From assembly GCA_965243395.1 (NCBI GenBank), contig CBDEUS010000001.1, positions 1,088,001-1,152,000 on the forward strand: DNA of 64,000 nt, given 5' to 3'. Shown one piece after another: positions 63,796-64,000 of this stretch (positions are counted from its first letter, which is position 1; every line of letters begins with the position of its first letter). The notes under the pieces are model-generated. The model was not told where the DNA came from, made no database searches, and saw only the letters and a program-made list of their open reading frames with translations. This stretch comes from Gammaproteobacteria bacterium. Lineage in GTDB: Bacteria > Pseudomonadota > Gammaproteobacteria > UBA4575. The translations under genes were made by a program, and so were the position numbers.

Positions 63796-64000
63796 TTAAA
63801 AGTCTTCTGCAAAACCAATGAAGGAGCCGTCTCTTCCCCGTATGATATCGTCTTGTGATTTTTTTGTGATGATTTGTAGATTTGTTTCTCCATCTTCACC
63901 CTTACTGTATAAATCATAGTCTGAGTTTAATGGATTTAAATTTTTATCTTTACGTCTAAAGCCCGGAGGGTTCGTCGAATAGTTTAAATATTGATAGGGA
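63796..64000 (-). CDS. C-terminus of a GspG-like pseudopilin-domain protein (runs off window end; not in ORF track)
   Basis: Manual translation: YLNYSTNPPGFRRKDKNLNPLNSDYDLYSKGEDGETNLQIITKKSQDDIIRGRDGSFIGFAEDF*. Confidence 0.65.
   Translation of the reverse strand, partial: PYQYLNYSTNPPGFRRKDKNLNPLNSDYDLYSKGEDGETNLQIITKKSQDDIIRGRDGSFIGFAEDF

Overview
AT-rich, apparently gammaproteobacterial chromosomal window with no integrase, transposase, phage gene, rRNA or CRISPR array visible. In order it holds: moeB (partial), DUF1244, mobA, mobB, gltA, a MetX-family acyltransferase with the serine-type GLSP motif, dsbB, mug, an MBL hydrolase, a PA0069-type radical SAM, a short CbiX, PilZ, rhombosortase, msrB, fadA/fadB, a stand-alone sat, an ECF sigma/anti-sigma pair, an M23 peptidase, two GGDEF-EAL proteins, MerR and MarR regulators, a lexA-dinB operon, tRNA-Arg, a glycerol kinase/GDPD/G3P-dehydrogenase-like trio, msrPQ, a HisKA_2 kinase plus REC-ANTAR pair, and a complete Xps-like type II secretion cluster with gspA/gspB. 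The strongest candidate for an undescribed system is at 39659-46927. There a membrane PAS/GAF HisKA_2 kinase and a REC-ANTAR RNA-binding regulator lie directly upstream of a ~320-nt multi-hairpin leader. That leader carries two tandem A1/G4 hexaloop hairpins just before the RBS of a secreted, Cys-rich beta-propeller-like protein, and the module adjoins the T2SS. Other notable points are alphaproteobacterial-type GTTC-N7-GTTC boxes in a perfect inverted repeat over the lexA start, a tRNA-Arg with a UCG anticodon, probable ATT/ATC start codons, and a candidate anti-SD sRNA. All calls come from motif recognition by eye; no searches or folding programs were run.
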